Origin: Nemertoderma westbladi
Lineage: Eukaryota > Animalia > Xenacoelomorpha
Assembly: GCA_032718475.1 (NCBI GenBank)
Contig: JAUCBJ010001846.1
Coordinates: 124,001-188,000 of the forward strand
DNA: 64,000 nucleotides
Reading direction: 5' to 3'
Position 1 is the first letter of the stretch. The number at the start of each line of letters is the position of its first letter. A program made the position numbers and the translations under genes. This document shows, one piece after another, positions 62,830-64,000 of this stretch. The notes under the pieces were generated by a model that worked only from the letters and a program-made list of their open reading frames with translations, ran no database searches and had not been told where the DNA came from.

Positions 62830-63267
62830 GTTCTCTAGTGTAGAGAAGATGACAGGGGGCGTTGAGGGGGTATTTTATGACAGGTAATTGGATGAAGGAT
62901 TTTTGATGTCATTGAAGTTAAATAACCCTTAAAAGGTTATTAACCCTCTATTAATGACCTTTTAAAAAGGTATCGAATGTTCGTTTTTGTTTCAAAAATG
63001 TTTCTTTTGGTGGAGAAAATGTATGGTTTTAAGCACATTTTATGTGTGTTTTACACTTGTTTTGAAACATTTTTTCCAAAATCAATGTCATTTTCTTTAA
63101 TAGATAAATCGCCGTGATTTTTTGGTGTGTTTGACGTTGGGGTGTTTTTATTGGATTTTAGTTTTTTTCGTTTCTTTGTGTGTCCTACAATAGGTCGGTA
63201 TTTATTATGCGTGTGCTTGGTAATGTATCGTGCGGGCGACCGGGTTGTTTTAGGATTGTTTAGTCGT

Positions 63268-63999
63268 CTAATTTGTTTTCTTTGAAAGAATAAAATTGTA
63301 TCTAAATTGACCAAGGATTTTGCCTATCAATTTTTTAAAGGGCAATCGTTTACATATTTTTGCCAGGCCACCACCCGCATGGTTAATGTAAAAATCCATG
63401 GGCGCTGAGTAGTGGCCAAATATTTTGATCAATAATTTTTTATATTTTCTATTCGGCCAATAACATAAGCCATGCTTACAATAATGAGCGTTTTGCTCAC
63501 ACACTTTTTTCCAAGGCAGGTTTTCTTGGCCTACAGCCCTTACACCAAGTATTGCAAAAACGATAAGATAAATTTTGGGAACATATGGCCATAATATGTT
63601 CATGAAGGGAATCCGCCGGTGAGGCTCGTAGGGTAGATAGTATTTTGATGGGTACAAATGAATCGTATACCCACCTTTTTTTAGTACGCGATAAATTTCA
63701 TCAAAGCATTCTTCCTTATTGTGAACATGCTCTAGTACGCCTGTGCTGATAACAGCATCGAAGGTATTGTCTTTAAAAGGCAAACGATAAGGTGTTGTAG
63801 AAATTTTAAATAGCTTGTCCTTAGAGGAGGCTGTGTTCGCCCAATATTCTTCAAGATCGCAACCATAAGCTTCATAACCCAACGCAGCTATTTGTTTGGC
63901 CAGAGTGCCTGTGCCGCATCCAAAATCTAGTACCTTACAAGTAGTCGCATCATTAAAATGGCATAGTTCTTTAAAGATAGGGTGAAAAATTGATCTGTA
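63268..63999 (-). CDS. Class I SAM-dependent methyltransferase (5' end outside window)
   Basis: Frame open to the window end: KVLDFGCGTG; LPFKDNTFDAV, VLEHV, RVLKKGG. Confidence 0.88.
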   Translation of the reverse strand, partial: YRSIFHPIFKELCHFNDATTCKVLDFGCGTGTLAKQIAALGYEAYGCDLEEYWANTASSKDKLFKISTTPYRLPFKDNTFDAVISTGVLEHVHNKEECFDEIYRVLKKGGYTIHLYPSKYYLPYEPHRRIPFMNILWPYVPKIYLIVFAILGVRAVGQENLPWKKVCEQNAHYCKHGLCYWPNRKYKKLLIKIFGHYSAPMDFYINHAGGGLAKICKRLPFKKLIGKILGQFRYNFILSKKTN

Positions 64000-64000
64000 T

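Overview
AT-rich, compact gammaproteobacterial chromosome segment; the divergent proteins and tight gene packing suggest a reduced, possibly host-associated lineage (inference). The core backbone is intact: fba, priA, clpB, fabBA, coaX-cobQ, an aa3-type cytochrome c oxidase operon with assembly genes, lolC/E-lolD, znuABC, a TAXI-TRAP transporter beside a type II glutamine synthetase, rpsP-rimM-trmD-rplS, aceE, trpF-trpA (no trpB)-accD-folC-dedD-cvpA-purF-metZ, fmt-def/dprA-topA-purE, trxB, radC and coaBC. Decaying accessory DNA is interspersed. (i) At least two integron-type cassettes carry related degenerate attC-like repeats 44 kb apart with no integrase: a lipoprotein-SHOCT gene after fba, and an alkyltransferase-Ada Zn-finger gene inside cvpA-purF. 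(ii) An IS1595-family remnant carries a type II restriction-modification pair as cargo and is fused by deletion to a fragmented giant-protein gene. (iii) An eroded phage tail module (GpI, tail fibre, chaperone, repeat-rich virion protein) follows coaBC. I saw no rRNA, tRNA or CRISPR array. Family assignments come from motif recognition only; no searches were run.
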